This document shows positions 10,991 to 25,329 of a DNA stretch of 64,000 bases, in pieces. Position 1 is the stretch's first letter. Each line of letters starts with the position of its first letter. Position numbers and translations under genes: made by a program. The stretch comes from Squalus acanthias (taxonomy: Eukaryota), in NCBI GenBank assembly GCA_030390025.1, contig CM059436.1, forward strand, positions 71,300,001-71,364,000, given 5' to 3'. The notes beneath the pieces were generated by a model. That model was not told where the DNA came from, ran no database searches, and was given only the letters and a program-made list of their open reading frames with translations.

Positions 10991-13900
10991 TAAATAGACT
11001 CTGTTTATTGTAAAACAAACTGTTTGCTGTGAGTCCTGCCACAAGTCCCGCCCTGCCTCCAACTCATTGGCTGACACAATGGTGTCAATAGACACTCTGT
11101 ATATTCAGGGGCTTGTGGATATATTGGAGATTTTTCTCAGTTTTCATTGAACCAGTCTACACAACTAGTGTGCAATCCACAACCAAAATACAAAAATCAA
11201 ACAAAACCTATTGAAAATAACTTTATTGTATTACTAAGCTGATATTTAGTTACTCAAGCAATGTTAAAAGACAGTTATTGCAAGCACATTGTGATTGGCT
11301 GATTTTTGGTCATTCCCACTAACAACACTGTATATAATGAGACTGTTCCTTGTAAGGCTATGTTGAATTGCCCTTTTGCTTGTGGGTATCAAAATCTATG
11401 AAAAAAGGCACTTAATCTTTTTATTGGGAAAAAAAGAGGAAAACACAGCTTTAGAAAATTTGCACAATTGCTGTTGTCATCAAAATATGGTTGTTTAACC
11501 ATGGCTATACTGCAATATAACAGTGAAAGGCAGATACACTTAAAGGGTTTATCGAAAGGTTATTGGTGGCAACATTTTTTTGGTTTGTTTGCCAGACAAT
11601 CTGCTGAGATGATGCAGCATCGGCCAAAATGGGCCATAATGTGGAGAAGATAGCATCACACCGCTTGCACATAATGTCATTGCAATGAAAATGTTGCATG
11701 GCCATTTGGCTGTTCCCCTTCCTGAGGCATATGACACGACCCTTGAATCTACTGTATTCAAATCCGACCAGCGTAACGAAATGGCAGTGCTGGTTTGAGA
11801 TACAGCTAGTGCTGCGTGACAGAACAAATGACACTGCAGTTTTTAAACATAATTTGTCCAGAGAGTACAAGACATTTCCATCATTGTTTGCCACAATTTA
11901 TTTGTGAGATTTATTCATAAGGTACCATGTTATTTCAGTTGTCAAAGACAACAGTTCGGGAAACATCAATACTTATAGCAGTAAATAGTTCTACATTGGT
12001 TCATGATGACAAGTGTTTGTTGGAGAATAAGTACAGACCTCCCCATTTTCTTGTGACTAGCAAAAAAAAGAAGAATGAATATGTCATAAAGGAATTATAT
12101 TTTCTTCGTATTTCTTTTCTAAGCAGTTTCGGGGAAAACAAGTTACCAAAAAATGCCAAAGAGAATAAAAAAATCAACAATATTACCAGCATCCATATTT
12201 TGATTAACTTAAACTACTTTGAAGCGAATTTCGCTTTCAGTAATCTCAAAACCTGCAGATAAAACATCAGGGGAGGCTGAAATATAAGGAGAAAGAGACA
12301 CGCACACATTGTTAAAAATGCAGTAGTGTAACACATTCGCAACCATGAAAGAACAGGCAACTAAAATATTTTTATAGCGTGGCTAGATTTTCGAGAGGAG
12401 GAGGGAAGAGTGCCTTGACCTATGTGAAGGGGAACCCCTGCAGACATAACCATTCTGACCCATTGAATGGTCTGAATACGATAAATGCTGCTTTATCTTT
12501 TCTTGAAAGGAACAAGATAGAGAGGGGCCTAAATGCCTGGGCATGCTTAAATGGACAACTGTGCGACGTTTAAGCTGAGTGGGTGTTTGAAATCTGAGCA
12601 CTCCAACAGGCTAAGAGCTGCCACAGGTCACCTGCTGCCCTCCATGGGGATAGGCCCAGACCTTACAAGAAATTGCCCATGGACAGATTGTAGAACAAAT
12701 TCCTTTCTCTACTGGCTGGCCTCTTTCACCAGACCATGGCCTATAAAATTTTGTAAAAACAATTCTAAAAAAAAAAAAAATTCAAAGGGCAAGCGGCTGT
12801 GATGAAAGGTTTGACAGTTTTGACTTACAGTTCATGCTCTTCATTACTAGAAAATTGAATTGTGGGGCCATGGCTCAGCAATGCTTGCTACAGATCCTAT
12901 GGCATTCTTAAATAAAGCCTGGTTGTTGTGCTTTTTTTTCCTCTGTGCTCGCAGCTGTAAAACAGTAATATGTCAGCTTCACTGATTTTAAATCGTATTT
13001 TGACTAAATTGTGATAAGCACAAAGACAGCTTACACCTCGACTTGCAATATGCCATATATATAGAATCAGGTATTGGCAATTAAAGTGGCATTTCAAACA
13101 ATCATATCAAAAGAGATTACCCTAAATTCATCTGATAATGTCATGTAATGCCTAGAGAGATTGTATGGGAAGTTACAGACCATTTGAATGGCTCAAACTC
13201 ATCAGGACTAAGACAGTAGGAATGCTCACATGATGGCTGACTAAGTGCGTTGCATACGTGTGGAGCGACTGAAAGGCCTGTGTGCAGGCTCTGCCCCCTG
13301 CAAACCCCCCCCCCCCCCACCCCACCCCACCCCCTCCCTCCCAAATTGCCTGGGGCAATCTAACAGTGCCTCTGGCCGCCTAACTCACTGGCCTGCTGCC
13401 TAATTGCCACACGGAGTCCGTGACACACGGGCAGATGATATGACATTTTCAGTTCCTGTCACTAGTGAAAGCCACAACACGGCTCACACTAGTTGCTAAG
13501 AAGCTGTCAGAAACTGTTAGCAGTTGGCAAAAGTTGCCCTATGGCATTTCCTCATGGCATCAGCAAAACGAGCATAAATCACCCAGTGGAGCCTGCTGCT
13601 GTACTAATGAGGCTGTAAGCTTGTTTATGGACTAGCGTCATTTTTATGATTATTTCCACCTTTTCAGTTTTCCCTTCATAATCTGCCTGTGTTTGGAGGC
13701 AGGAGAAGTCAAATCTAGAAATGAAGTCACTGCTGACATTTTGCAAATGTGGCCCGTAGCTGCTACCATATGGCTCTCTGCGAGTTAGCTCATTGGAGTC
13801 TAAAAAGAGAGAGGGAAAAAGAAATTAGCCCCAGACCTCACAGAGGTGATTGATGGGATCAAATTACAGTGAAAATGGAAATGCCAATAAAATTGATGCT

Positions 13901-16761
13901 TTAGAGTTTTCTCCAAGGTTTCGGCTCTCAGAGGTCAGTATGCGAGAAAAGTTAGCAAAGAATAGGTTAAAAAATGTGTTTAAAGAAAGAGGGAAAGATG
14001 TAAGGAAGAAATGGGTGTAAGAACACAATAATTTCCTTTGGCATCTTGTGGGTAAGGGTATCCAGTTCTTGTTATCTATATCTTCAACTCACTCCAGAGG
14101 AACACAATTAGAGTTTATTTTTTTTAGGCATCTCTGAACATGCACCCGATTTTGCAGTGGATTGAAAGCATTTGCTCCTAATGAAAATCTTGTCTTAGAT
14201 TACAAGCCAGCAGTGTAATTTCCCCTCCCAGATGAAAGCAAAGCAGCTCTATTTGCCTAAAAAACAGTAGGAAGAACAAACTGTGCATGAAAGCCGAGGC
14301 TGTGTTTTTTGGACTCGTGCTAATGATGTAACAGAAACCTGTTATTTGGGGTAAGCCACTCTCTACAGATTGATTGAGGGGAATAGTCTTCACTTAAAAG
14401 CTTTCACCGTTGTATCTACATAAGTCTTTACTTAAAATTTCTGTTTCTAGTGTGGGCGCTTTTGCTACATGAGAAAAACAGGAAAGGTACTGGCGAGTGT
14501 TTTATATGGAATGCAGAAAGCCTTTCCTTCTCCTAATGGTGTATATAATTCAGGTGCCCTGAAGGCATGCTTTCAGGAATTCTTTTGCCTGAGGTAATGG
14601 GAAGCAAAGGCTGTTTTAAAGCCTTGATTATTCTATTGATGCGCAAAGCTGGAAAAAGTCATCTCTGGATTATAGTAGATATTTCCATAAATTATCAATG
14701 AATTCTTCTCTAGTGAGGCAGTGGGGCATTACTAGTAAATGAATCCAAAGGCTTTTTTGGCACAAATGGAAAGTTATATGTAAAGAGGAGGGTTGATGCA
14801 GAGGTAGCAAGATGGGGGAGGGTATGTCATTAGATTGGACGCCGTTCAGATTTTTAATCAATAATATGTATCCACTACTTTTATTTTTATACGTGATTAA
14901 TAATCCAGTGTTTACAGTATTTATATTCCGATTTAAACAGCTGTTGTTTTTGCTCGTCATGTTTCTTTAATAAATTATAATGTAATGGAATAAATTGCTT
15001 CGCCTTACAAAAAAACCCCAGCATTCACCTCAAACTCAGTGGCAGTACTACGGCATGCACTGTATGCGTTATGCGTTATTAATGAAGCTGGCCGTGTATT
15101 TCTCTGTTGCCTTTCCCCACTAAATAAAATGATAATTCTAGCTATAATATTTAAGCACTTTAGTGCTAAGTATTTATGTTGCCGCTCCTTTGCATTTGTC
15201 ACATGTTTAACGGTGATCAGGATAAGGAGAAGAACAATGCCGGGGAAATGAAACATAGTTCACTTTGCACCCAGTGTCTGCCTCAAGTAATCTCAGGTCA
15301 GGAATAATATAGGTCAGATTCATTGTGCGTTCCTCTGCAGTGAGACTTAACCTTTGCCTCAGAACGGCACCCCCTACTGCACCAGTGTGGAATTATCACT
15401 TCCCATGCCATCTGGCCTTATTTCAGTTTTGACAATTTAGTGTCAGTTCGAGTTGAGGTTATGGTCAGTCTCGTGCTGTGAATTTGTATCCACAGAGGAT
15501 AAACCTGGGACTGTCCAAACTCAAATTTAAATAGGGCCCGTAACAGTCTACAGAGCGCAGACACTTTTCAGTCCATTTGTCTCAGAATTGAGAAGCCAGC
15601 TTCACCAACTCACCCAGTTTATTAGTACTGTAAACATTGAATAAAGTAAAAACAATGCTAACGGTATTAGAATTATTTTACACTGAAGCTCAAGCTTAGC
15701 ATGCGTTGATAGGGGACTGAAAATCAACACTTTCTCCCCCTGACATAACTTTCACTGCAGACTTTAAAAAGAGAATAAGGGGCCGTGTGGCAAGTGCTTT
15801 TGAAATATTCATAGTGTTAATGGGTTGTACCTATTTCCCACCCTGCAGGTGGTATCTTGTACCAGTCAGCTACATAGGAATTACAAATTCTGTATTGTTA
15901 ATTGTACTTATACGTGCAGCTATGTACTGTTTTGCACTGTGTGCAGCATTGAAACAAACTGCAGCTAGGAACTCCAGGTGAGAGTAATATTGGTCCCAAT
16001 TCTTCAGTCTTGGCACAGGCATTAAAGCCATTAGTGCCAACCAAACTGTGGTATGTGCCTGGCGTAACCACAGACAGATGGTTTGTGTCTATGCCTGTAA
16101 TGTTACTTTTTTTTTGCAATCCCTGTCCAGCAGTGGTGCTAGGAAGCCAGCATTGCAGCAATTAGGAGGGATTGTACAAGTCCAAGACAAGGTGAATGCG
16201 ACTGCCCCGTCCAGCTGTTTTCCCATCCAGTTGTTTGATGCAGATGCAAACATTTTTGTGTTTAAACAGATCTGGGCACAGATGGCACGCACTAGGCTCA
16301 GTGCCATGTTTCCTCATTTTTATTAAAACAATGAAAAGAAAGGAATTAGTTTTCTGGGGGTGGGGGGTGGAAATGGGCCTCTTGTGACTTTCTCCCTGGT
16401 GCAAAGTTCAAGCTGATCAATAGTGTGGCATGCAGCGGTGCTTAGCACTGCCATCTGACTTGACATGGAGCATAATGCTGCACTGAATGAGAAGGTAGAT
16501 CTTAGGAGCTCAGATACAAGTCAGCTGTCATTGTGCTTGACTTTGCAAACAAGACTGCACTTGTGCCCCAGCGCTGGAAAGTTACAGCCAATTTATTTTG
16601 GTGTATCTAATAATTTGTGCTAAAAGACTACCCAAGGATTAAATTACCTGTACCCTATACACCTGGAAAACGTTGACATATTTAAAACAAAAAATCTCCT
16701 CATGTTATGCAACCTAATAGAAGCAATACAAAAGTCTAAATGACCAAAAAGATTGCCTTAA

Positions 16762-16944
<183 letters not shown>

Positions 16945-17780
16945 TGAATTGATACGCCTTGAGACGCAACTGTGCGGGTGGATTTATAGACAACAGAGGG
17001 CAGATTTGTCTTGTGCTTTGGTGTAAAGAGTCATCTGGATGGAGCGCATAGAAGCAAAACCGGGTGGGGAGAATTGCACGCCTATGTTGGAGCCCACCCA
17101 ATTAACTCCCCATTAGTTTAAATCAGCAGAAAATTGGATGGGCTCTTTCCCCTCCCGGCTGATGTTCCTCCACAAGCTGTGCACAGGTGATTCATTACGC
17201 CGAAGCTCAAAAAGAGGGAAAATGTCTGGTACAGCAAGGACTTGGGGGACCCTTTTCAAAAGAAGATGGAGAATGGCAAAACTACCTTCAACAAGCAGCT
17301 CTGTTGCAAATTGGCTTTTTGTCATTTTAAGGTATTTTAGAACTTGAAATTTGCAAGACCTCAAAGGCTCAGAAAAATTGAGAATTGGGAAGGAGCATGT
17401 CCAAAATAAAAATGTTCCCTAATTTATGACCTTGCAAACAGTTGAGTAGCTTTGAAGTGAAAAGTGTAGTAAGCTAGAATATTGCATGAGGAAAAAAGAA
17501 AAATTATAAATTATTATTTTTGGTAAGAAGATGGTAATAGTGAAACTGGCCAATTTTTTTTTTACCATGACAATTTCTTGGCTTCCTCCCATTTCCTAAA
17601 GTGGCTCACTCTTTGCAGAGGTATGGTTCCAAGGAAGCCATGCAAATTCTGGTATAATGCCCACTTGGCTATTATTCAATTGTGAGCGCAGGCAGTAAGT
17701 TTCAGCAGACTATTTGACCGTGGTAGGTATTACATCCGAGCCCTATGTCCAAACACATGCACTTTCAGTGGAGATCATTG

Positions 17781-19975
17781 GGCAGGTGGGAGGAAGTATC
17801 GAGTGGGGTGCCCCGGGATCGAAGTTGGGACCACCACTGTTTCTAATTTGCATCAATGACCGGAACTCAGAAACCTAATGCAAATTGGTCACATTTGCAG
17901 ATGATGCCAAAGTAGGAGTGACAGTGGAGTAGAAGGAGGCAGCTCAATAATTACAAAATGTGCTGGACAAATTATGTAACTGGGCAGAAAAATTACCAAT
18001 GAGATTTAATATAGACAGGTGTAAATTACTAACCATAAGAAGGAGAAATGGGCGAGACATACACTTCTTGAATGGTGCTGAATTAGCTAAGCATGAAGTT
18101 GAAAAAGATCTAGATGTCTTAGTAGACTTGATGCACAGCATATCCAATCAATGCAGAGCAGCAAAATACAATGCCACTAGAATGCTGAACTGTAGAATAC
18201 AAGTCAGAGAAAATCTATCATCAGGGACAGAGTGATTGAGACTGAACAACAATGAGCTATCAGCGAGAGCCGGCATGGATTTGTGAAGGGTAGGTCAGGT
18301 CTGACTAATTTAGTCGAATTTTTTGAGGAGGGCACTAACATGGTGGATATGGGAGTGTCTGGATGTTGTCTATATGGAAATCCAGAAGGCATTTGGTAAG
18401 GTTATTAGCAAAAATGAGAATGCACAGAATTTTAGGTAACCTTGTAACATGGGTCAGTAATTGTTTGGGAGGTAGGAGACAGACAGTAGGGATAAAGGGA
18501 ATGTATTTTGATTGGTGGGATGTGACAAGTGGTGTTCCCCAGGAATCTGTACTGGGGCCTCAGTTTTTCCATATCTATCCCTGACTTGGATGAAGGAGTA
18601 GAGAGTTGTATATCCAAGTTTGCAGAGTGAGTGGGCAAAACTGTGGCAGATGGAGTTCAATATGCGGAAGTGTGAGGTCATCCACTTTGGATCCAAGAAA
18701 GACAAGCAGAATATTTTCTTAATGGTGAGAGACGAGGAGCTGTGAAGGATCAAAGGAATTTGGGTGTCCAGGTACACAAATCACTAAAAGCTAGTGGACA
18801 GGTACAAAAAGTAATCAAAAAACTAATAGAATATTGGCCTTTATCTCAAGGGGTCTGGAATACAAAGGAGAGGAAGTGATGCTTCAGTTGGACAGAACCT
18901 TGGTCACACCCCATCTGAAGTACTGCATTCAGTTCTGGGCACCGCACCTCAGGAAGGATATACTGGCCTTGGAAGACGTACAGTGTAGAATCGCCAGAAT
19001 GAAACTGGAGCTTAAAGGGTTAAATCGTGAGGACCAGTTGCATAAACCTGGCTTGTATTCCCTTGAGTTTAGGAGGGTGAGGAGTGATTTAATCGAGGTG
19101 TTTGCAATGGTGAAGGAATTCGATAGAGTAGATAAAGAGAAGCTATTTCCTCTGGTGGGGGAATCCAGAACAAGTGGGCACAATCTTAAAATTAGAGCTA
19201 GGCCGTTCAGGAGTGAAATCAGGAAGCACTTTTTCAGGTAAAGAAGGGTAGTGGAAACCTGGAACTCACTCCCCAAAAGGTTGTGGATGTCAGGGGTCAA
19301 TTGAAATTTTCAAGACTGAGAGCGACAAACTTTTATTAGGCAAGGAATATGGATCAAAGGCAGGTAAATGGAGTTGAGTTACAGATTAGCCATGATCTGA
19401 TAGAATGGCAGAACACTCGAGGGGCTGAATGGCCTATGTTCCTACGATTAAACTGTATCGTGCTCTGGTCAAACCAGATCGTGCATATTGTGTCCAATTC
19501 TGGTCACTGAGACACGAGGCAGACATTGAAGTCCTGGAGGCAGAGCAGAAAATTTTCCACGAGGATGATCCACAGTCTTAGAGGGCTCAGATACGAGGAA
19601 GAACTGGAGAGATTTGGCTTCAGCCTTAAAAGGAGGTATCGGAGAGGTGGTTATTAAAGGTATACAAGATTATAAGCAGTATGGAAAGGTAATTCTGAAA
19701 TATTACTTTGAAGTAAATTGCGAGAATAGGACAAAGGGTCACAGGATTAAACTTGTAAAAGGCAAATTTATGACAGATATCAGGAGGTTTCTCTACACAC
19801 AAAGAGTGATCACCACATGGAATGGACTTCCAGATAGAGTAGTGGAGATGAAAACCTTGGAATCATTTAAAAACCAATTGGATGCTGCAATGTGGGGGGG
19901 GGGGGGGGCGGAGGGAACTACTTTAGGGTAATTCTAGATGAACGAATGACCTTCCTTATCTGTAATTATCTTCTG
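17781..19975 (+). mobile_element. Degenerate CR1-clade LINE (outer element; 17781-18210 and 19445-19975)
   Basis: RT motifs SGVP, FADD (TTTGCAGATGAT about 17894), LCNWAEKLPMRFNIDRCK; resumes after the insert with IKLYRALVKP..YCVQFWS and GHRIKLVKGKF..RVITTWNGLP. Confidence 0.85.
18210..19444 (+). mobile_element. 5'-truncated CR1 LINE (inner element), frameshifted RT through 3' tail
   Basis: HGFVKGRS.LTNLVEFFE, VTSGVPQESVLGP, YCIQFWAPHLRKDILALE, GHNLKIRARPFR; tail CTCGAGGGGCTGAATGGCCT. Confidence 0.92.
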
Positions 19976-20947
19976 ATAGCAATCAGGAGCCAAAATCATG
20001 GCTGATTTTCCACTTCCCAATCTAGGGTCAGTGAGACCAATTGTAGCACCCCAACCGTTGCCTTGACTGAGGATCAACTCATTCAGCACAGACCTCCCTG
20101 ATCTGTATAGCTCAGCTATTCACTCTGGCAGCTTGCTCTGTAACTGCCATCTGATGTCATTATTCCAAAGGTATTGCAGAAAGTATTAAAAGTTGTAAAA
20201 ATACGGGGAAGAAGTCAGTCGAGAAACAATTGTTGAGGCGTTTTTTAAAATCAAGCAATGCAATTTTTCTGTTTGGAAATTGTTTCTGTGGGATATCTTG
20301 GCCACCAGCTGGTAAGATGAGCAAGTAGCAAATAACCCTGGGCATTGAACCCTCTCCTAATGCAACTTTATGGTTAACCAATTAGCTCAGTTCACGGTTC
20401 TTTTAAGAAAAATAAACTTTATGCCAGCCCAACTACTTTTTCTATTAATATTTACGAACATTTATCCTCCGCCCAAAGAACATGCTTGTCTCACCTGCAT
20501 TTAGAACTTCATGGCTGTTCCAAACCACACGCAGCCTGCAAATTTTGAAAACATAGGCTTAAAATCTGCAGATGTCAATTTTAAAACAAAGCACAAACAA
20601 TTATATTTTGATAACAGATTGTTTGGGGAAAATCATTATGAAAGAATAGCTTGAACTAAACGATTAAGAATAACAGAATGACAAGGCTTTCAAAAGCAGA
20701 AATTCCACCGCAGAATTTTTTCACTGATCTCTTGCCAGCATCCAAAACCGTTTCATCTGAAAGCTACTTTCCAGCCTGAAGTAAAAAGCTTGTCACTGTT
20801 TTTTTTTATAAATGTAAAGAAAATCAACAACGTGCACTCAGACCTTTCTCGACCTTGGTGCCCTGTTAAAATGGAATAAGACTTTATTGCACCATGTGTT
20901 TAGACTGCTTCCATTTACTCACAACTTCTGAAATACACAAGAGATAA

Positions 20948-21455
20948 CAGACCGGAATGTGCGGTCAGCGAAGCGACGGCGATCGCCGCTGATCTCGAAG
21001 AAAGCTGCCCACAAAGATCTCGCGATCTCTGTGGCGAAAACTTAAGCTTTCTCGACATTAAATTGATTGTAGCGCTGTCAAAAGGGTATCCCTAGCATAG
21101 AGCAGCAGTGATGTCATCATGCTGTCTTAGCAGCCAATCACATTGAAGAATTCTCACAGACCACAAACCAGGAAATAAAAAGCACTGATTCAATTCACTT
21201 TTTAAATTTTTTTACAGAGAGCGTAATAAAGATTGGGACATACATATGGGATTAAAGTACAAGCTGAATTATCATAAACAAACTTTAAAAAAAAAGTGCA
21301 TCCTGTGTCGGAGCAGTGAATGATTGACCCCAACTTCAGGATTTCTGCGTTTAGATGCGCTTGCGCTAAATCCTGAACTTACGGTCAGTCTCAGAGCAGT
21401 AATGACGGCGAACGCTGACAGTTTGCCGTCATTACCACCGCAAAATCTGGGCCAA
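20948..21455. mobile_element. MITE-like element, copy 2 (internally deleted relative to 7359-8116)
   Basis: Colinear match incl. CAGCCAATCACATT.AAGAATTCTCACAGAC and right end ACCACCGCAAAATCTGGGCCAA; lacks the segment corresponding to about 7710-7960. Confidence 0.85.
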
Positions 21456-23734
21456 CATTGCAGCTGAACGTAAGGTGTTAGAAAAATTCACATATGGATA
21501 AACTGATGAAGCAAAATGACAAAATATGAATCCAGTTAGTAAACTTTTGCTATTGCTGTACTGCGCATGTATATCTAGTAATTTTTGAACATTTTAAGTA
21601 TCTGGCATGGACCTCAACTGTGGGGATGAGGGACTATCTAGCACTGGCTGTTAGTCATTCAGTATAATCAGTGGTGTAATACATGGTAGTTTTGTGATGG
21701 TGCTGCAGTCCTACTGGTATCAAGTTGAACTCAAGGTGTTGTCCAAATTTTCTGATGAAACATGCAAATATCTTGTTAATGCTATGGTTAGTTTACCCCT
21801 ATGAATGGTTGCCTCCTCCCATCTTACAAGTTGCAAATATTAGGCAAGTAAAAATACAGGAAGCAAATAACTTCAGGTCATAACACTGTAAAATCAAAGC
21901 GTAATAAATTGACATATAATTAGTAATAAGAAATGAGAAGCAGAGTAAAGTAACTATAAGTGGCAGAATCTAAAAGAAACACATGTATAGTTGACCAGAA
22001 ATCAACATTTTTATTTAGTAGTGCACTCTACTCTGTCTATAATAGAATCCTAGCTTATTATAATGAGGTGCTTATTATCGCGAATATCCTGTCATCGAAC
22101 ATGGGACATGATTTTCTGCATGCTGGTCATTTTGATGCCTGTCTGTCACTATGTGGAAAAAGCAATACTACATGTAAAGTAATTCAGTTGCGCAGTGTTG
22201 ATGGTAGTTCCTGTTTTCTGTCAGATTTAAAACAGGAAAAAACATTTTTTTTTCAGCCAGTGTGTCAAAACAACAATTCAGGTCATTAGTGGGTGGGTGG
22301 ATCTAATTAATTTTAGCCTTTGTGCATTTTTGTATATTTGTGTGATGTGCCTGCATGGTGGTGTAAAGCTACATTTACACTATAACTGTAGAATTGGTGT
22401 CAAATGGTTTCCCCCTCCTCCAGGAATTCCCTCTCCGGTTCGTTCTGGAATCAGTTTGGTCAAAACTGCTTTGCACCAGTGTAAATGCTCCCCAGCTCAC
22501 ACTTAGCACAAGGCAGCTATCTTCGAAGCTCTGTCTTTTCAGAGCAGAGTCGAGATGGACGGGAGAAGTTAAGATCGCTTTGATTGTCGCCCATTTTAGT
22601 CGGGGAATCCTCCATACTTTGACACATCTGGTCACACATACTGAACCGCCATTCTAACCGTGCTCCCACATGAAGGGTTGCACATAGGGAGTAATTTTCC
22701 GGGTCCGTGCTGCCTGACGTAAGCCACACCTGCCAGCAGCACAGATCGGAATTTTGGGTGAGTCCCTACCCCGGATTTTCCGAGCATCAAGTCCCAGCTA
22801 GAATCTCTGATAAGTTTTTCCTATCGTCACACTTGCATCCAATCCCGTGACCTCATTCTATGGTTGCCACTATGCTTAGTGAAAAGTTACGTGTGACAGA
22901 GGGACAAAGGCATAAAAAAGAGGCAGTTTTCAATTATTTATTGCTACTGTTGAACGAGTGCTAAATATGCTGGCTGTGTGCACTTCCTGGTTTTCCCTAT
23001 GAAGCCATGTACTTTTCACACTGTGGCTCTGTAGTTATGACAGTCCCCTCAGTCAGCCCTTCCGAGAGCAGTGCCACTGATGGGGAAAAACATGGAGATG
23101 ACTTTAAATTTGGTGTGCGAGAATGGTGAAGGGATCAGCAGTGCTCCCTGCCAGTGCAGTAACAGGGTGCGAAATGCCACAAACAGTCACTCTGGATGCC
23201 CTCTACCTTTGGAAGGAGACATCTGAATATGCAGAGTTGAAACTTCCTGACATCAGTGCTAAGCCACTGACTAATCCATTGGAGCTCACTAATGGAGGTG
23301 CTGCATCTTCGGCTCTTAGCACAAGCTCATGTGCCAATGAGTCACTAACTTCCACCAGGGACAGGTGGCTCTGTATTGAGGACAGACCACCATACATCCA
23401 TAAGGTCAGAGCACTCTGTCACCAAAACTGCAGGGCTTTTTGGAGAGCCCTCTCCATTTCAATCAGCGTATCTTGAAGCAATGCCCCTATGTTGCTCAGT
23501 TTTAGGGTTTTGGGGTGATGTAAAACAGACATGTAGTGGATCGGTCGCCCTGCTTTACACCCGCCCGATTTCCGTTTCCAGTGGAAACAAAAAACAGGTG
23601 TGATGTAGACATTAGCTGCCCATAAAAGTGACACCTCACCCCAAAGAGACTTCTGTTGCAGCTACCATATTGGTCGATATTCCCTCCATTCTGGACTACA
23701 GTGAAGCCATTCATTTGAACAATTTGGTAGATAA

Positions 23735-23910
23735 AAAAGAAAGAACTTGCATTTTCATCGCGCCTTTCACGTCCTCAGGACGTCCCAAAGCTCTTTACAG
23801 CCAATGAAGTACTTTTGAAGCATAGTCCCTGTTGTAATGTAGGAAACGCAGCAGCCAATTTGTGCACAGGAAGATCCCCACAAACACCTATGAGATAAAT
23901 GACGAGATAA
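23735..23910 (-). mobile_element. DeuSINE-like SINE, 3' part
   Basis: CTCAGGACGTCCCAAAG..TTTACAGCCAATGAAGTACTTTTGAAG shared with full copies. Confidence 0.85.
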
Positions 23911-24904
23911 TTATCAAATGGAAAATTTCAGACTGGTGCAGTAAGGGGTGGTGTGTGAGGTTGGTGCTGAGGCTCATTGTTGAAGGAGTTTAGGGAAATG
24001 TGGCGTATTATCTGTGACCTGAGAGTGCTTGATTCTGAAACCGGGTGCCTGAAATGCAGAAATGTTCCATCTGCCAATCTTGATCAGCACAAAATTCACC
24101 ATTTTTGAGCTGTTTAAAAGTAGTTACATATGAAATCCAGCTTTTAACGAAAAACTGGAAAATGCATGTTTTTTCCTTCATTTTAAAGAGCTCGGTAACA
24201 GAATTGTACTCTTAGGAGTTGAATGTTTCGAAGCAGCATTTCCTCCAAGATAGCTGATTATGTAGAAAAATAGGAACTCTCCCATTTTACGATTAAAGAG
24301 AAATTTCCCACCTAAAGAGAGGTAACATAACTAAGGGGTGACTTGCCAAATTCAACAGTGCATACACCATATGGCCAATGACCGTAGAATGCTTTGAAAG
24401 ACAAATAGCTGTGCAAAAGCCTTCAACCCCTAAAAGATTGAAAATGATCCCCATCATTACTTGACATGAAAAAAAAATCAGGTTCTAACTGAGATAATGT
24501 TAACAAAGAATAGTGTTATAACAGCGCTGTGTAATGATTGAGAGGTATACCATTCATGTTGTTCGTTAACCAGTGCTGCTTTTGACTCCAGTGAAGTCAT
24601 TAACAATGCTATGATTGATTATAGTTGTGTTGGAGAATCCCTCAGATATTGCCTTCAGTTTGGTTATTGTGTCCTTAGTGCATCTCTGTATGAACCTTTA
24701 GCTTGAGATGGTGAACCTAAATGAGTTGAATATCCATTCATGTATCTGATTTGTGTGATCTGAAATCTATTTGTTTTTATTTATAATTATTATTATGCAG
24801 TGATAAGAAAATAGGTAGCAATGAATAAGGAGATATGTGGTAGAGTGGACTATATGTGCAGTCACTATCCCGCTACCTCCATTATTTTCCTCATTCATCT
24901 TTAT

Positions 24905-25297
24905 GGTTTTCATCCTTGTTTTCAAATCCCTCCATGGCCTTCGCCCCTCCCTATCTCTGTAACCTCCTCCAGCCCTACAACCCTCCGAGATCTCTGTGCT
25001 CCTACAATTCTGGCATCTTGCGCATTCCTGATTTTAATTGATCCATCACTGGCGGCCGTGCCTTCAGCTGCCTGGGCCCTAATCTCTGGAATTCCCTCCC
25101 TAAACCTCTCCGCCTCTCTACTTCTCTCTCCCCCTTTAAGACGCTCCTTAAAACCTACCTCTTTGATCAAGTTCTCCTAATATCTCATTATGTGGCTTGG
25201 TGTCAAATTTTGTTTGATAAAGCTCCCTCCCATGAAGCGCTTTGGGATATTTTACTACGTTGAAGGTGCTATGTAAATGTAAATTATTGTTGCTGCT
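24905..25297 (+). mobile_element. L2-clade LINE 3' fragment
   Basis: ILVFKSLHGLRPS/PYLCNLLQPYNPPRSL coding remnant and tail as at 55840-56230. Confidence 0.9.
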
Positions 25298-25329
25298 GTT
25301 TTAACGTCTCATGCAGTGGTACGGGCAGC

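Larger units (their letters stand above)
17640..20135 (-). mobile_element. Old tRNA-head SINE split into 17640-17780 and 19975-20135 by nested CR1 insertions
   Basis: The two halves rejoin (GATCATTGG|GATAGCAATCAGGAGC) to resemble the contiguous copy at 25330-25630 (GTCACTGGACAACGATTAGGGAGC). Confidence 0.6.

Noticed and set aside
10889-11030. Direct repeats as a CRISPR-like array
   Set aside because: Units are adjacent with no unique spacers, no cas genes, eukaryotic context.
17781-19975. RT motifs as a retron/DGR-like or intact retroelement system
   Set aside because: Frameshifted, stop-containing CR1 fragments in a vertebrate intron; no prokaryotic gene context.
23000-23650. Moderately GC-rich segment with a 117-aa ORF; possible cryptic exon or ancient SINE
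   Set aside because: No recognisable protein or repeat similarity and no convincing splice-site pair.
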